Assembly: GCA_965204755.1 (NCBI GenBank)
Contig: OZ242011.1
Location: 992,001 to 1,056,000 of the forward strand
Length of the DNA: 64,000 nt
Direction: 5' to 3'
Source of the DNA: Candidatus Marinacidobacterium sp.
Lineage (GTDB): Bacteria > Acidobacteriota > Vicinamibacteria > Marinacidobacterales > Marinacidobacteraceae
Part shown: positions 20,103 through 30,408 of the stretch, one piece after another
Position numbering within the stretch: position 1 is the first letter of the stretch
Layout: each line of letters opens with the position of its first letter
Notes under the pieces: generated by a model
The model's database searches: none
What the model was told of the DNA's origin: nothing
What the model saw: only the letters and a program-made list of their open reading frames with translations
Translations under genes and position numbers: made by a program

Positions 20103-21101
20103 TTGGCGGTAAGTCCCTCGGGCCGGGACGGCGCCCGGAAGCCGTCCGATACGCCGCTCGCCGAGGGGAAGGCCCTGCTGGCGGGGCCGAAGCGGCCGCC
20201 GCCGGTCGGGTCGGCGGAACTCGGCCTGTTGGTCGTGGTCGCCGCCTGGGCGATGAATTTCAGTCTGGTCAAGTACGCGGTCGGCATCTGGGACGCCTAC
20301 GCGTTCAACCTGCTCCGGCTGGCCGCCGGGGTGGCGGTGCTCCTCGCCGCCTGGGCGCTCTCCCGGCGGCGGACGAAGTTCGAGTGGAGCGACGCGCCCA
20401 AACTGCTCGGGCTCGCCTTCGTCGGACATGTGGTCTTCCAGTTGGGGTTCATCCACGGCACCGACGCTTCGTCGGCGGGAAGCGCGGCGCTCATCCTGGC
20501 GCTGATTCCCCTGATGATCGCGGTGATGGCCTGGACCAGCCGGGCCGAGCCCTTCTGCCGGCACACCGCCGCCGGACTCGTCGTCTCCGGGGCCGGGGTC
20601 GCGCTGGTTTCCGGCGCGGAGCCGACGACGGCCGCGCTGCTCGGCGACCTGTGGCTCTTCTTCGCCGCGGTCGGCTGGGCGGTCTATACGGTGTGGAGCG
20701 CGCCGCTCGTCCGGAAGTACGGCCCGGTGCGCCTCTGCGCCTGGACGGTGACCCTGGGCGCCCTGATCCTGACGCTGCCGGCGCCGTTCTTCCTCGACTC
20801 CGCCGACTTCACGGCGGCGCCGTCGGCGGGACTCTGGGCGGCGGCAGTCTCCGGCGTGGCGGCGATCTCGCTGGCGCACATCTTCTGGGGGCACGCCTCG
20901 GCGCGGGTCGGCCCCACGCTGACCGGCGTGTATTCGCAGGTGGTGCCGCTCCCGGCCCTGGTCATCAGTTGGGTCTGGCTGGGCGAAACGCTGCCGGCCG
21001 CCAAGTTGATCGGCGGCTTCCTCGTGCTGGCCGGGATCTCGCTCGCCCGGATGCACTGGCTGTGGTCGGGCGATAGAGTTCACGGCCGCGCCGCGGCCTG
21101 A
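20103..21101 (+). CDS. DMT/EamA-family transporter
   Basis: About ten hydrophobic segments; LLGD and WLGETL motifs. Start uncertain. Confidence 0.8.
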   Translation: MAVSPSGRDGARKPSDTPLAEGKALLAGPKRPPPVGSAELGLLVVVAAWAMNFSLVKYAVGIWDAYAFNLLRLAAGVAVLLAAWALSRRRTKFEWSDAPKLLGLAFVGHVVFQLGFIHGTDASSAGSAALILALIPLMIAVMAWTSRAEPFCRHTAAGLVVSGAGVALVSGAEPTTAALLGDLWLFFAAVGWAVYTVWSAPLVRKYGPVRLCAWTVTLGALILTLPAPFFLDSADFTAAPSAGLWAAAVSGVAAISLAHIFWGHASARVGPTLTGVYSQVVPLPALVISWVWLGETLPAAKLIGGFLVLAGISLARMHWLWSGDRVHGRAAA

Positions 21102-21238
21102 CGGCCGGGAAAGCCGGCGCCCGGGTCACGCGGGCTGCCGAAACGGAATCCGCCGGCGCCGCCCGGCGCGCGGAACGGCCGCGGGGACGCCACGAGAACG
21201 CCGAGGAATCGAGCGACAACGAACAGGACACGAGGGCC

Positions 21239-22117
21239 ATGGCCACCGAATTCCAACTGAAGACCGGTCTCGCCGACATGCTCAAGGGCGGGGCGATCAT
21301 GGATGTGACCGACGCCGGGCAGGCGAAGATCGCCGAGGACGCCGGCGCGGTCAGCGTCATGGCGCTCGAGCGCGTGCCGGCGGACATCCGCCGGGACGGC
21401 GGCGTCGCCCGCATGTCCTCGCCGGAGAAGATCCGGGAGATCATGGAGACGGTGAGCATCCCGGTGATGGCGAAGGTCCGCATCGGCCACTTCGTCGAAG
21501 CGCAGATCCTCCAGCAGATGGGCGTGGACTTCGTGGACGAGAGCGAAGTGCTCACCCCCGCCGACGAGGAGAACCACATCGAGAAGCACGCCTTCGAGGT
21601 GCCGTTCGTCTGCGGCTGCCGCAACCTCGGCGAGGCGCTCCGCCGGATCGGCGAAGGCGCGGCGCTCATCCGCACCAAGGGCGAGGCCGGCTCCGGCAAC
21701 ATCGTGGAAGCGGTGCGACACCTCCGCCGGATCAACGCGGAGATGCGGCAGTTGACCGTGCTGTCGGCGGACGAACTGATGACCGCCGCGAAGGAACTCC
21801 AGGCGCCGTACGAGATCGTGCGGATGGTGGCCCGGGACGGCAAGTTGCCGGTCCCGAACTTCGCCGCCGGCGGCGTGGCGACCCCGGCGGACGCCGCGCT
21901 CTGCATGCAACTCGGCGCCGAGTCGGTGTTCGTCGGCTCCGGCATCTTCAAGTCCGACGACCCGGCGCAGCGCGCGCAGGCGATCGTGAAGGCGGTGACC
22001 CACTACCGGGATCCCGAGGTGCTGGTCGAGGTCTCCGAGGGCCTCGGCGAGCCGATGCGCGGCCTGGACATCGCCGCGATGCCGGAAGAGGAACTGCTGC
22101 AGACGCGGGGGAACTGA
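21239..22117 (+). CDS. pdxS: PLP synthase lyase subunit
   Basis: [42 protein letters not shown]. Confidence 0.97.
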   Translation: MATEFQLKTGLADMLKGGAIMDVTDAGQAKIAEDAGAVSVMALERVPADIRRDGGVARMSSPEKIREIMETVSIPVMAKVRIGHFVEAQILQQMGVDFVDESEVLTPADEENHIEKHAFEVPFVCGCRNLGEALRRIGEGAALIRTKGEAGSGNIVEAVRHLRRINAEMRQLTVLSADELMTAAKELQAPYEIVRMVARDGKLPVPNFAAGGVATPADAALCMQLGAESVFVGSGIFKSDDPAQRAQAIVKAVTHYRDPEVLVEVSEGLGEPMRGLDIAAMPEEELLQTRGN

Positions 22118-22137
22118 CCTCTCCGGGGGAGCGGACG

Positions 22138-22785
22138 GTGGCCGACACGACCGACCCCTCCCCCGTCGCGCGCTCGTTGGCCGGGTCGCGTTCCTCCGCC
22201 CCGCCCCGCATCGGGGTGCTGGCGCTCCAGGGTAGTTTCGCGCTCCACCGCGTGATGCTGGAGCGCCTCGGCGCCTTCGCCGGCGAAGTGCGGAAGGCCG
22301 GCCAGTTGGACGGCCTCGACGGCCTGGTGATCCCCGGCGGCGAGAGTTCGACGATGCTGAAGTTCCTCCTCGAAGAGGGGCTGTACGACCCGCTCCGGGA
22401 GTTCGCCGCGCGCGGCGGCGCGCTCTACGGGACCTGCGCCGGCGCGATCCTGCTCGCCCGCTCGGTGGAGAACCCGTCCCAGGACTCGTTGGGACTGCTC
22501 GACCTGACGATCCGGCGCAACGGCTACGGCCGCCAGATCGACAGCCACATCTCGTCGGTCCCCTGCCCCGAGTTGGGCGACCCGGCGTTGCCGGTCGTCA
22601 TGATCCGCGCCCCGGTCATCTCCGCCTGCGGCCCCGGCGTCCGCGTGCTGGCGTCCCACCGGGGACAGGCGGTCCTGGTACGCGAGGGGCGCGTCTTGGC
22701 AAGCACCTTCCACCCGGAGTTGACGGACGATGGGCGGGTGCATTCCTACTTCGCGGCGATGGCAAGGCATCCCGAGCCTTGTTAG
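22138..22785 (+). CDS. pdxT: PLP synthase glutaminase subunit
   Basis: GVLALQG, PGGESS, GTCAG, FHPEL. Confidence 0.95.
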   Translation: MADTTDPSPVARSLAGSRSSAPPRIGVLALQGSFALHRVMLERLGAFAGEVRKAGQLDGLDGLVIPGGESSTMLKFLLEEGLYDPLREFAARGGALYGTCAGAILLARSVENPSQDSLGLLDLTIRRNGYGRQIDSHISSVPCPELGDPALPVVMIRAPVISACGPGVRVLASHRGQAVLVREGRVLASTFHPELTDDGRVHSYFAAMARHPEPC

Positions 22786-22789
22786 GTGC

Positions 22790-23440
22790 GACGCCGCTCA
22801 ACAATTGGCGCAGCTGCGGAGGACGGCAACTGGCACGCGCATATGCCCGCCATCTTTGCCGATCACGCCAACAACTCCGAGGTGGCGAAAACGGTCGCCC
22901 GCTGCCTTAGTTCGCAAGTTCGTCCCGGCGCTCTTTTCCCACTTTTTCTCCCGAAGTTGGTCCGCGATCTTCTCCAACTGGTAAGCGGTTCGTCAACGAA
23001 TTTACGAAGGTGAAGTACCGCTGGCGGCGACTTCCGCCCCTCGCCTTCTTCTGGAACTCGGTCTCCTCCCACTCGTCGCAGATGAACCACTGGTGGTTCC
23101 TCGTCAGGCCCCCGCACCGCGGCGGCAACGACGCGCTTAGCTTCGTCTTCCGTCAGGGGGTCACCGTCGTGGACAGGAATACTGCCGCCCTCGATGCCCA
23201 AGTCACAGATCATCCGCTTTTGCAATGTGCCCAATCGCACGGACGGCCTTCCAATCGCACACACCGAGATACCTCGCGCCTTGAAGAAAGGTCGATGGCG
23301 CGAGATCAGGGGATCAGCCGCTCGGCGACGGTACGCATGCGGCTCGAGACAGCGTCTCCTCCCACTCAACGGTCCGATGCAGAGGGTTGTCCGGCGAACG
23401 GTTGGAAGTACGACTCGGAGCGACGAAGTTCGGCTTGCGC
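22790..23440 (-). pseudogene. Possible frameshifted foreign gene remnant
   Basis: Lower GC. Protein-like text switches frames on the minus strand (DPLTEDEAKRVV / NHQWFICDEWEETEFQKK / YQLEKIADQLREKKWEK). No family recognised. Confidence 0.25.
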
Positions 23441-23444
23441 CCGA

Positions 23445-23825
23445 TCACGATGAGCCTCCTTGCGTCAGCATCGCTTCGAGCCGACTTGCCGCTCTCTCCG
23501 CCGCTCGAATCTGCGCACGCCACACTTTTCTCTGCTTGCGGAGCCCCTTGCCCCCCGCCGCATCGACCCGTGCAGTCAGTTTGGCGATGAGCGCCCTGTA
23601 GCCTGTGATCTGCTCCTCGACGCGAGAGATGATCTCGTCATCGGTCATGCTTCGCACAGTCGCACTCGATGGGCTGGCTGCTGGCCCGCTCCTGTTCGGC
23701 TTGCTCGTAAACGGCGACGGCCTTGCCGAGCGCCTGCGCTTCTCGCGAGCCAAGTTCGAGTGTTCCTCTCCGGTTGGGCGGGCTTGACCGCCGGATCGGC
23801 CGAGTGTACTGAATCGGTCATTCAC
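23445..23825 (-). CDS. Hypothetical basic coiled-coil protein
   Basis: 126-aa ORF with a helical C-terminal half (EIISRVEEQITGYRALIAKL...RAAERAASRLEAML). Confidence 0.45.
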   Translation of the reverse strand: MNDRFSTLGRSGGQARPTGEEHSNLAREKRRRSARPSPFTSKPNRSGPAASPSSATVRSMTDDEIISRVEEQITGYRALIAKLTARVDAAGGKGLRKQRKVWRAQIRAAERAASRLEAMLTQGGSS

Positions 23826-23946
23826 GACCGAGAGCCCAGTAGTGCGGGTAGGCGGGCACCGCCCGATCGAGTAACCCGGCGATCGCTTGGCTCCCCTGTC
23901 CCGATCGGAGCCGGGGGGGACTCGGTTTCGGGACGATGGGGATAGC

Positions 23947-26900
23947 TTACGGCGACGGCCAAGGCCCGTACGGAGCGCGGGGTTCGGCGGCCATCAACTC
24001 CGGCCCGACGGTCTCCGGCGCGGACTCCCGGTCGCGGGGGCGACGGACATCGAGGACGCATACGCTGATCTTCCGGGCGTCAGTCGGCGGGAGGCCGTCG
24101 AGTACGAGGCCCTTGCGGAGACGCTCTTCCATTTCCTCCGGGGACTTGGGGCGCCGTCCTTCCGGCGCGGGCGAGGTGCGGGCCGGATCCATCCACAACA
24201 CGAGGTAGATCCCGTATCCGTCCGCCGCCGGGTCGGTCGCGTACCGGGCAGCCAGTTGGCGGCTCGCGGAACTCCAGACCTTCCGATGGGTGTTCTTCTT
24301 GATCTCCACGGGAACCGCGAAGTTCCCGTAGGTTACGCGGAGGTCCGAACGGCGGTCGTCGGCGTGGCGGCCTTCGGGCCATACCTTCACGCCTTCCGGC
24401 AGGGCGGCGCGCAACAGGGAGAGCAGGGCGTCGCGGCAACTGTCCTCGTGTTTCGTTTCCGCCGGTTCGCGTCCGGGGCCGGTTTCGTTCCAGAAGAGGC
24501 GCCAGGGATTCGCGTCGCCGCCGCGGAGGTCGTCGCCGATCTCGAGGAGCCGGTCCACGACGAGGGCCGCGAGGTCGGCGGCGCTGGTGGGAGGACCGTC
24601 GTCCAGCGCCGCCGACAGTTCCTCCGGTGACGGGTGGCGGAAGGCGGCGTCCCGGGCGAGCGGACGCTGGCGCTCTCGCGCGGAGGCGAGTTCGGAGCGC
24701 CAGTCCGCCACGCTTTCGTCCGCGATGAGATCGTCGAGGACAGCAGAGGCAGAGGGATCGGCGCCGAGCCGCCGGATGAGTTCGCCGACCGCCACTTCGG
24801 TTCGCTCGTAGGCGCCGACCCGGCGAAACGGGTTGGTCTTCCATTCGAGGGGCTTCACGAGGTTTCCCAAGGCCCGGATCAGGAGGCCGAGCGTCTCGGC
24901 GTCGGTGACTTCGGGGAGGAGAGTCCGGTCGCCGGGTTCGCCGGCGAAAAGGAACTCGCCGAGGGCCGCGGCGCGGGCGGAATCCGCCTTCAGGAGGTCC
25001 GCCAGCGGATCGCGGTATTCATCGGGGGAAACCACGAGGCCGACGGCCAACCAGAGAACGCGTTGGGCCGGTGTCACCGTGCGGCTGTTGGCCTTCTTCG
25101 CGATCACGGCGGCGAGCGCGGCAGTGTCGGCGCGGAGGAGCGCGGCGCGCAGCAGCCACTTCAGGGATTCCAACTGCGCGGCCGAGGCGCGTGTGGGGAA
25201 GGCGCGGAGGAGCGGAGGGACAGCGAGAGGGGCGACAGCGGCGAAACCGTCGGCCCTCGCCAAGTCGTAGAACAGGTCGGTGGGTTCGCCGCCGGTCCGC
25301 AATTCGACCGTGGCGAACTCGACGATCACCTTCGCCGCCAACTCGGGGCGTTCGGTCGCGAGACGCTTGGCCAAGTCAGGCTCGCCATACTGGCGTCGCG
25401 GCCGGGCGTAGTGGCGGGCGCAGTGGAAGGCAAGGGCTCGTTCAAGGTCTTCGTCGCTCCAAGGCGGGATCCCGCCGGGTGCCGCGTAGGCGGCGTTCCG
25501 CGCGGCCGCGAGGAAGGCGGGGGCGAACCACGCAGCGGAGGACTCCTCGTTGCAGCGGCGGTGCTCGCCCATCCGTGCGATTTCCGAGAGGGACGGCGCG
25601 TCGGGGCGCGCCGGGGTTCCGCGAAGGGCCGCCCAAACGGCGGCGATGGTCTCCTCGTCCCCGCGGAACAGGCGCCGGAAGCGCTCGGACGGGTCGCTTC
25701 CTTCGCTCTCGGGGAGGTGGCCGTAGAAGGCGCTGCCCAAGTCGTAGAGCAAGGGCAGCGGCGCCCGATTCTCGCGGAGCATGTCCAGGTTCTGCTGCAC
25801 GCGCGTCAACCACTCGTTGGCGCGAGCGTCGGGTTCGGCGGCTTCCTGCAGTCCCTCGTCCCGGACCAAGAAGTAATCGTCTTCCAGATCGGTTCGCAGC
25901 AGCGGCGGAAGGCGCTCGGCCAGCAGCGGCGTTTCGCCGGAAAGTTCGAAGAGCAGGTCGAGGGTCAGGTTCTCGGTCTCCGCGCCTCCCTGCAGCGCGT
26001 TCACCGCTTCGCCGAGCAGCCATTGCGAGAGGTCCGGATGTTCCTGCGCTTCGTCGCGGGCCGCATCGAGGCAGAACCTTCCGTAGTCCGGCGGGAGCGT
26101 TCCGTAGAGCAGGCGGCGGGAGTCGAGGTACGGGAAAGAGACTTCGCCCGCATCGCGCAGTCGGGACCGGGCTTCCTCCAAGACGGCCTTCTGGAGGGCC
26201 GGCCGGCGGGACAGCCACTCACGGATTCCCTCGGCGCCGCGCGGCCACAGGCGCTGCGATGGCCGCTTGAGGCTGGCGACCCGGAGCCAGTCGTGGAGCC
26301 GGGCCGCGCCGATGTTCTCGCCGAGCGCATCCAGTCCACGAGTCAGCAAGCGCACGGGGAGGTCGGCCAAGGAGAGTCGCTTCCAGTCGGGCGGGACGGC
26401 GGGTTTCGACGCCGACAGCCGGGAAGAGAGCGCATCCAGGAGTTCCGCGACTTCGGTAGGGGACGATCGTTTCAGCAGTTCGTGGCTCCAGAAGAGCCAA
26501 GCCCCGGACTGCGCGCCGAGCCACTCCTCTGGCAGGTAGTCCCATACCCCGGCCGGAGGGATCTGGCGCGGGTAGAAGCGATCGAGGAGTTGGCCTCGCA
26601 GGTCGTCGTCGGGATCGGCCATCTCCCCGTCCCGGATCTGTCGAAGAAGGTTCAGCAATTCGTCTTCGCGATCCGACGGGATGCTCTTGACGAACGCCCT
26701 GACGGCCAGCCACCGCGTTTCGCCCGGTCGAGAGGAGTCCGTCGCCGTTCGAAGCAACTCGGCGGCGAGTTCCTCCGGCGGCGAGTCGGGAAGCGACGGC
26801 AGGACGAACTGCAGGGCCGCTTCGTCCGCCGGAGCGCGGCTGTCCGAGCGGAGCATCGCCACGACTTCGTCGAGCATGTCGGGGGCGGTGAGCAGCCGGT

Positions 26901-28128
26901 CGGCGAGGCCGGAGTAGATATCCACCGGTGAATGCTCGGCCCGGCGGCGGAGTTCGTCGAGTAACGCGCGCCGTTCCGCGAGCGAAAACTCCTCAAGATC
27001 GCCGTACTGTGCGACGGCGTAGGGGTCGGCAGCGACGAGGCGCGCCCGCAGGGGGAGCGAGAGGGTGGCGAGCCAGGCGGCGAGGCCGCGGAGGAGACTG
27101 GGCGGAGCGCCATCGCTTCCAGTGAGCAAGGCGAGAAGGCGGAGGCGGGGGAATCCGTCGTCCACTCGTCGGGCGAGGTAACGGGCGGCCAGGAACTCGG
27201 CGAACCGGCGGTGGGCAGGCTCGATGCCGCTTGCCGTTTCGCCGACGAACAGGCGCGAGCCGAGCGCGAGCCGGTAGGGGCTGCCGAGGGCCGCGGACTC
27301 GGCGTCGAGGGCCAAGTAGTCGTCGCTACCGAACTCCGGAGGAAGGGCGAAGCCCGCGGCGCCGCAGAGAAGCAGGCGGGCGGAGAGTTCACCGGCTGCG
27401 TCGAGTAACGCCTCCGACTCGTGGGGCTTCGCCGGGCGAATCCGGTGCTGCGGGTTTCGTTCGACGACGAGCCGGGAGCACGCCCGCTCGAAGCCTTCTC
27501 GCCAACTGCGAGGCCATTCTTCTCCGCTCCGCGCCGCCTCGGCGAAGAGCCGGAGGGTGAGCGGGTTCCCGATCATGGCCGCGCTCCGGTAGGCGCTCGA
27601 CGCCGTCAGCCAGAGAGATGTGTCGGAGTGGCCCCGCTTCCCTTTGAGGAACGCGGCGATTTCCGCCTCATCCAGCGGCTCGAGGCGGAGTACCGCCACC
27701 TCACCGTCGGGGGAGAGGGCTTTCAGTCGAACCCGGTCGTCCTCGCCGAGCCACTCCAGCGGGCGGCAGGAGAGACGGAATCGCGGTCTTCCCCGGCCGG
27801 CGAGCCGTTCCCGGAGACGGTCGAAGGGGCGGCGGGGGTCGTCCGCGGCGGCGCGGACTTCGTCGAGACCGTCCAGAAAGAGCGTCTCCGGCGTTGAGCC
27901 CCCTAGACCGGGTGGGAGCGTCAAGAAGTCACGGACAGTGGAGAAGCGACCGGCCGGCTCTTCTCCGCTCTCCCGCTCGAATGCCGCGGTTTTTCCCATG
28001 CCCGGGTCGCCGAGAAGGACATAGGCGCCCGCGTCGCGAAACTCGCTCAGTCGTCGCGTCGGTCTGTTCGCGGATGACCTACCGACCCGGGGGCCGAGCA
28101 CGGACACTCTGCGGTCGTAGGAGTTCAC
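23947..28128 (-). CDS. Large NACHT/STAND NTPase with helical middle region and C-terminal PD-(D/E)xK-like nuclease
   Basis: Walker A GDPGMGKT, Walker B LFLDGLDE, FRLSCR, GNPL, HRRFAEFLAA; C-terminal EGRHADDRRSDL...PVEIK. GTG at 28128 overlaps the upstream TGA. Confidence 0.82.
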   Translation of the reverse strand: MNSYDRRVSVLGPRVGRSSANRPTRRLSEFRDAGAYVLLGDPGMGKTAAFERESGEEPAGRFSTVRDFLTLPPGLGGSTPETLFLDGLDEVRAAADDPRRPFDRLRERLAGRGRPRFRLSCRPLEWLGEDDRVRLKALSPDGEVAVLRLEPLDEAEIAAFLKGKRGHSDTSLWLTASSAYRSAAMIGNPLTLRLFAEAARSGEEWPRSWREGFERACSRLVVERNPQHRIRPAKPHESEALLDAAGELSARLLLCGAAGFALPPEFGSDDYLALDAESAALGSPYRLALGSRLFVGETASGIEPAHRRFAEFLAARYLARRVDDGFPRLRLLALLTGSDGAPPSLLRGLAAWLATLSLPLRARLVAADPYAVAQYGDLEEFSLAERRALLDELRRRAEHSPVDIYSGLADRLLTAPDMLDEVVAMLRSDSRAPADEAALQFVLPSLPDSPPEELAAELLRTATDSSRPGETRWLAVRAFVKSIPSDREDELLNLLRQIRDGEMADPDDDLRGQLLDRFYPRQIPPAGVWDYLPEEWLGAQSGAWLFWSHELLKRSSPTEVAELLDALSSRLSASKPAVPPDWKRLSLADLPVRLLTRGLDALGENIGAARLHDWLRVASLKRPSQRLWPRGAEGIREWLSRRPALQKAVLEEARSRLRDAGEVSFPYLDSRRLLYGTLPPDYGRFCLDAARDEAQEHPDLSQWLLGEAVNALQGGAETENLTLDLLFELSGETPLLAERLPPLLRTDLEDDYFLVRDEGLQEAAEPDARANEWLTRVQQNLDMLRENRAPLPLLYDLGSAFYGHLPESEGSDPSERFRRLFRGDEETIAAVWAALRGTPARPDAPSLSEIARMGEHRRCNEESSAAWFAPAFLAAARNAAYAAPGGIPPWSDEDLERALAFHCARHYARPRRQYGEPDLAKRLATERPELAAKVIVEFATVELRTGGEPTDLFYDLARADGFAAVAPLAVPPLLRAFPTRASAAQLESLKWLLRAALLRADTAALAAVIAKKANSRTVTPAQRVLWLAVGLVVSPDEYRDPLADLLKADSARAAALGEFLFAGEPGDRTLLPEVTDAETLGLLIRALGNLVKPLEWKTNPFRRVGAYERTEVAVGELIRRLGADPSASAVLDDLIADESVADWRSELASARERQRPLARDAAFRHPSPEELSAALDDGPPTSAADLAALVVDRLLEIGDDLRGGDANPWRLFWNETGPGREPAETKHEDSCRDALLSLLRAALPEGVKVWPEGRHADDRRSDLRVTYGNFAVPVEIKKNTHRKVWSSASRQLAARYATDPAADGYGIYLVLWMDPARTSPAPEGRRPKSPEEMEERLRKGLVLDGLPPTDARKISVCVLDVRRPRDRESAPETVGPELMAAEPRAPYGPWPSP

Positions 28129-29357
28129 AGGGAATCCAACCACTCCGGGGCCGGGGTCGAGAGCACCTCGGTCAGTCGTTCCCCTCCGGGCCCGCCGACG
28201 ACGACGGGGATCGCTTCGGGGAAACGCTTCCGGAACGCGTCGAGGCCGGCTCCGCTCCCGGCCCTCGAGCCGCTGTTCACCTCGATGGCGTAGAGACGAC
28301 CGTCCCATTCGGTAACGAAGTCCACCTCGTGGTCTCCATCGCGCCAGTATCGGAGTTCCATTGCGGAGGACCCGGTGAGAAACAGGTGCCCGCCGATGGC
28401 GCTCTCGACGAGTCGGCCGCGGAAGGCGCGGTCGGTGAGCGCCGACTCCTCACCGCGACGCGTGGCCGCAGTCATCAACACCGGGTTCAACACATTCAGT
28501 TTGGGCGGTGCGGAACGGGGGAGGGACTCCCGGTCGACGAATCTCGGCAGCCCGGCGAGAAGACCCACTTCCTCAAGGAGGGGGAGGTAGCGCGCCAGCG
28601 TCGGTGCGCTGCCGGCGTCTCGCAGAAGGCGCTGCATCTTGCGGAAGGACACGATCTGCCCGGAGAGTTGCGAACCGGTCTGGAAGAGGCGCTCCAGCAG
28701 CCGGGCGTTGCCGACCCGAGTCATCGCCCGAACATCGCGACGCAGGATGGTTTCAACGAGGGAGCGCACCCGGTCCGACCACTCCCCGGGGCGGCCGTGG
28801 AAGGTGTGCGCCCGGGGATACCCCCCGTACCGGAGGAAATCGTCCAAAGTGAAGTCGAAACCGGCGGACATCTCGCCGAGCGACCAGTGGGTGATGCGGA
28901 AGGGGTGGAAGCGTCCGGCGAGGCTCTCGGTGAGACCCTGTTGCATCAGCATGGGAGTCGCCCCCAGCAACACGGCGCGCACCCGGTCGCCGCGACGGCG
29001 GTCCGCATCCCACAGACCCTTGACCGTCAACGACCAGTCGGGCGACCATTGGATTTCGTCGAGGACCAGCACCACCCAGGTCCCCGTCCGCCGCGCCTCC
29101 TGGCGAGCCTCGTTCCAGCGCGCCGCCAGCCAGTAGGGGTCCTTCGCAGCCGTAGAGCCGGGAGCGCCGGCCTCGTCGGGGTCGTCCTCGGCGTCCACGG
29201 CGTAGTAGATCGCCGGCATCCCGCAGTGGGCGATGGCCTGTCGGATGGCGGTCGTCTTGCCGGTCTGGCGCGGGCCGAAGATGGAGACGATCAGGTCGCT
29301 GCCGTCGGTGAGCCGGCGAACCAGGTCGGCCACGAGGGGGCGTTCGTAGTCCGGCAT
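28125..29357 (-). CDS. AAA_14 ATPase with DUF4143 C-terminal domain
   Basis: GPRQTGKTT, LDEIQ, ESLAGR, YGGYP, GRLVES, YWRD..HEVDFV...AIEVN. Confidence 0.88.
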   Translation of the reverse strand: MPDYERPLVADLVRRLTDGSDLIVSIFGPRQTGKTTAIRQAIAHCGMPAIYYAVDAEDDPDEAGAPGSTAAKDPYWLAARWNEARQEARRTGTWVVLVLDEIQWSPDWSLTVKGLWDADRRRGDRVRAVLLGATPMLMQQGLTESLAGRFHPFRITHWSLGEMSAGFDFTLDDFLRYGGYPRAHTFHGRPGEWSDRVRSLVETILRRDVRAMTRVGNARLLERLFQTGSQLSGQIVSFRKMQRLLRDAGSAPTLARYLPLLEEVGLLAGLPRFVDRESLPRSAPPKLNVLNPVLMTAATRRGEESALTDRAFRGRLVESAIGGHLFLTGSSAMELRYWRDGDHEVDFVTEWDGRLYAIEVNSGSRAGSGAGLDAFRKRFPEAIPVVVGGPGGERLTEVLSTPAPEWLDSL

Positions 29358-29384
29358 CGCCAAGGGAGTGTAACGCATCGTTTG

Positions 29385-29470
29385 TCCAGTGTTTTGCACT
29401 GTTGAACGATATGATACATATTTTTACTATCTCATTGATAAATCGTCGTTTATTTCCACATTCTCCAGCG
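29385..29470 (-). promoter_or_regulatory. AT-rich probable promoter/operator of the ATPase-STAND pair
   Basis: Sharp AT-rich patch. Inverted repeat CAGTG-N5-CACTG at 29387-29401 and a near-IHF motif TATCAATGAGATA on the minus strand. Confidence 0.45.
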
Positions 29471-29616
29471 TTGGAAGCCCCGACCGGGAAGTCTCTTTCG
29501 GGATCGGCGCTCCGACAGGGCTCGGCGGGAGATGGGAGGGCGCAGGAGCGGCCCGAGCGCACGGGCGCGCGTCGGGCCGGGGAAGTCGTGAGAACCCGGG
29601 CCGGGTGGCCGGGTTC

Positions 29617-30408
29617 TCAGCGGAAGATCGACTGGCCGATCGCGAACGCGACCGGGAGGATCACCGCCCAGAACCACCGCTGCTGCGACCGCCGGATGTC
29701 CGCGATCTCGCTCATGAAGCGGACCTCGAACCGCTCCACCCGATCCTCGAGCCGGTCGACGCGGCGGTCGATCCCGTCCAGGCGCTTGTCGACCCCGTCC
29801 AAGCGCTTGTCGACCCCGTCCAGGCGCTTGTCGACCCCGTCCAGGCGGTTGTCGATTCCGTCCAGGCGGTTGTCGATCCCGTCCAGGCGGTTGTCGACCC
29901 CGTCGAGGCGGTTGTCGATCCCGTCCAGGCGGTTGTCGATTCCGTCGAGGCGGTTGTCGATCCCGTCGAGGTGGCGGTAGATCGTCTGCAGGTGGTGGTT
30001 GATCGTCTGCAGTTGGTGGCCGACTGCGTGGAGGGCGACGGCGACGCTTCCGTCGGGCGCAGGCGCGAACGGCTCGGGGGCCGGCGCGCCGGGGAACGGC
30101 AGCGGAGCGGAGGGCGGCGGACCGACCGGCGGCGGCGGCGGAACGACCGGCGGCGGAACGACCGGCGGCGGACCGGCCGGCGGCGGCGACGGAGGCGCGG
30201 CAGCGGAGTCGGCGGGCAGCGCGACGGGAGCGTCGGGCAGCGCGGCGGCAGCGGAGTCGGCGGGCGGCGCGGCGGGGGCGTCGGGCGGCGCGGTGGGGGC
30301 GTCGGCCGGCGCGGGCTTGTCGCTGCGGGGCTCGGTCACGGTCTCGGGATGAGCGTAGTCCGCGGAGCGGAGGGCCGCAACCGCGGCGTCGGGGGCGGGT
30401 TCGGACAT
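29617..30408 (-). CDS. Pro-rich, heptad-repeat coiled-coil protein with C-terminal membrane anchor
   Basis: Ten LDG(I/V)D(N/K/R)R heptads followed by WFWAVILPVAFAIG. Confidence 0.75.
   Translation of the reverse strand: MSEPAPDAAVAALRSADYAHPETVTEPRSDKPAPADAPTAPPDAPAAPPADSAAAALPDAPVALPADSAAAPPSPPPAGPPPVVPPPVVPPPPPVGPPPSAPLPFPGAPAPEPFAPAPDGSVAVALHAVGHQLQTINHHLQTIYRHLDGIDNRLDGIDNRLDGIDNRLDGVDNRLDGIDNRLDGIDNRLDGVDKRLDGVDKRLDGVDKRLDGIDRRVDRLEDRVERFEVRFMSEIADIRRSQQRWFWAVILPVAFAIGQSIFR
29762..29972. repeat. 21-bp coding tandem repeat, about 10 copies
   Basis: Unit approximately GTCGATCCCGTCCAGGCGGTT, with no unique spacers. Confidence 0.92.

Noticed and set aside
29762-29972. CRISPR or other non-coding array
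   Set aside because: Head-to-tail 21-bp units without spacers, in frame within a coiled-coil ORF.
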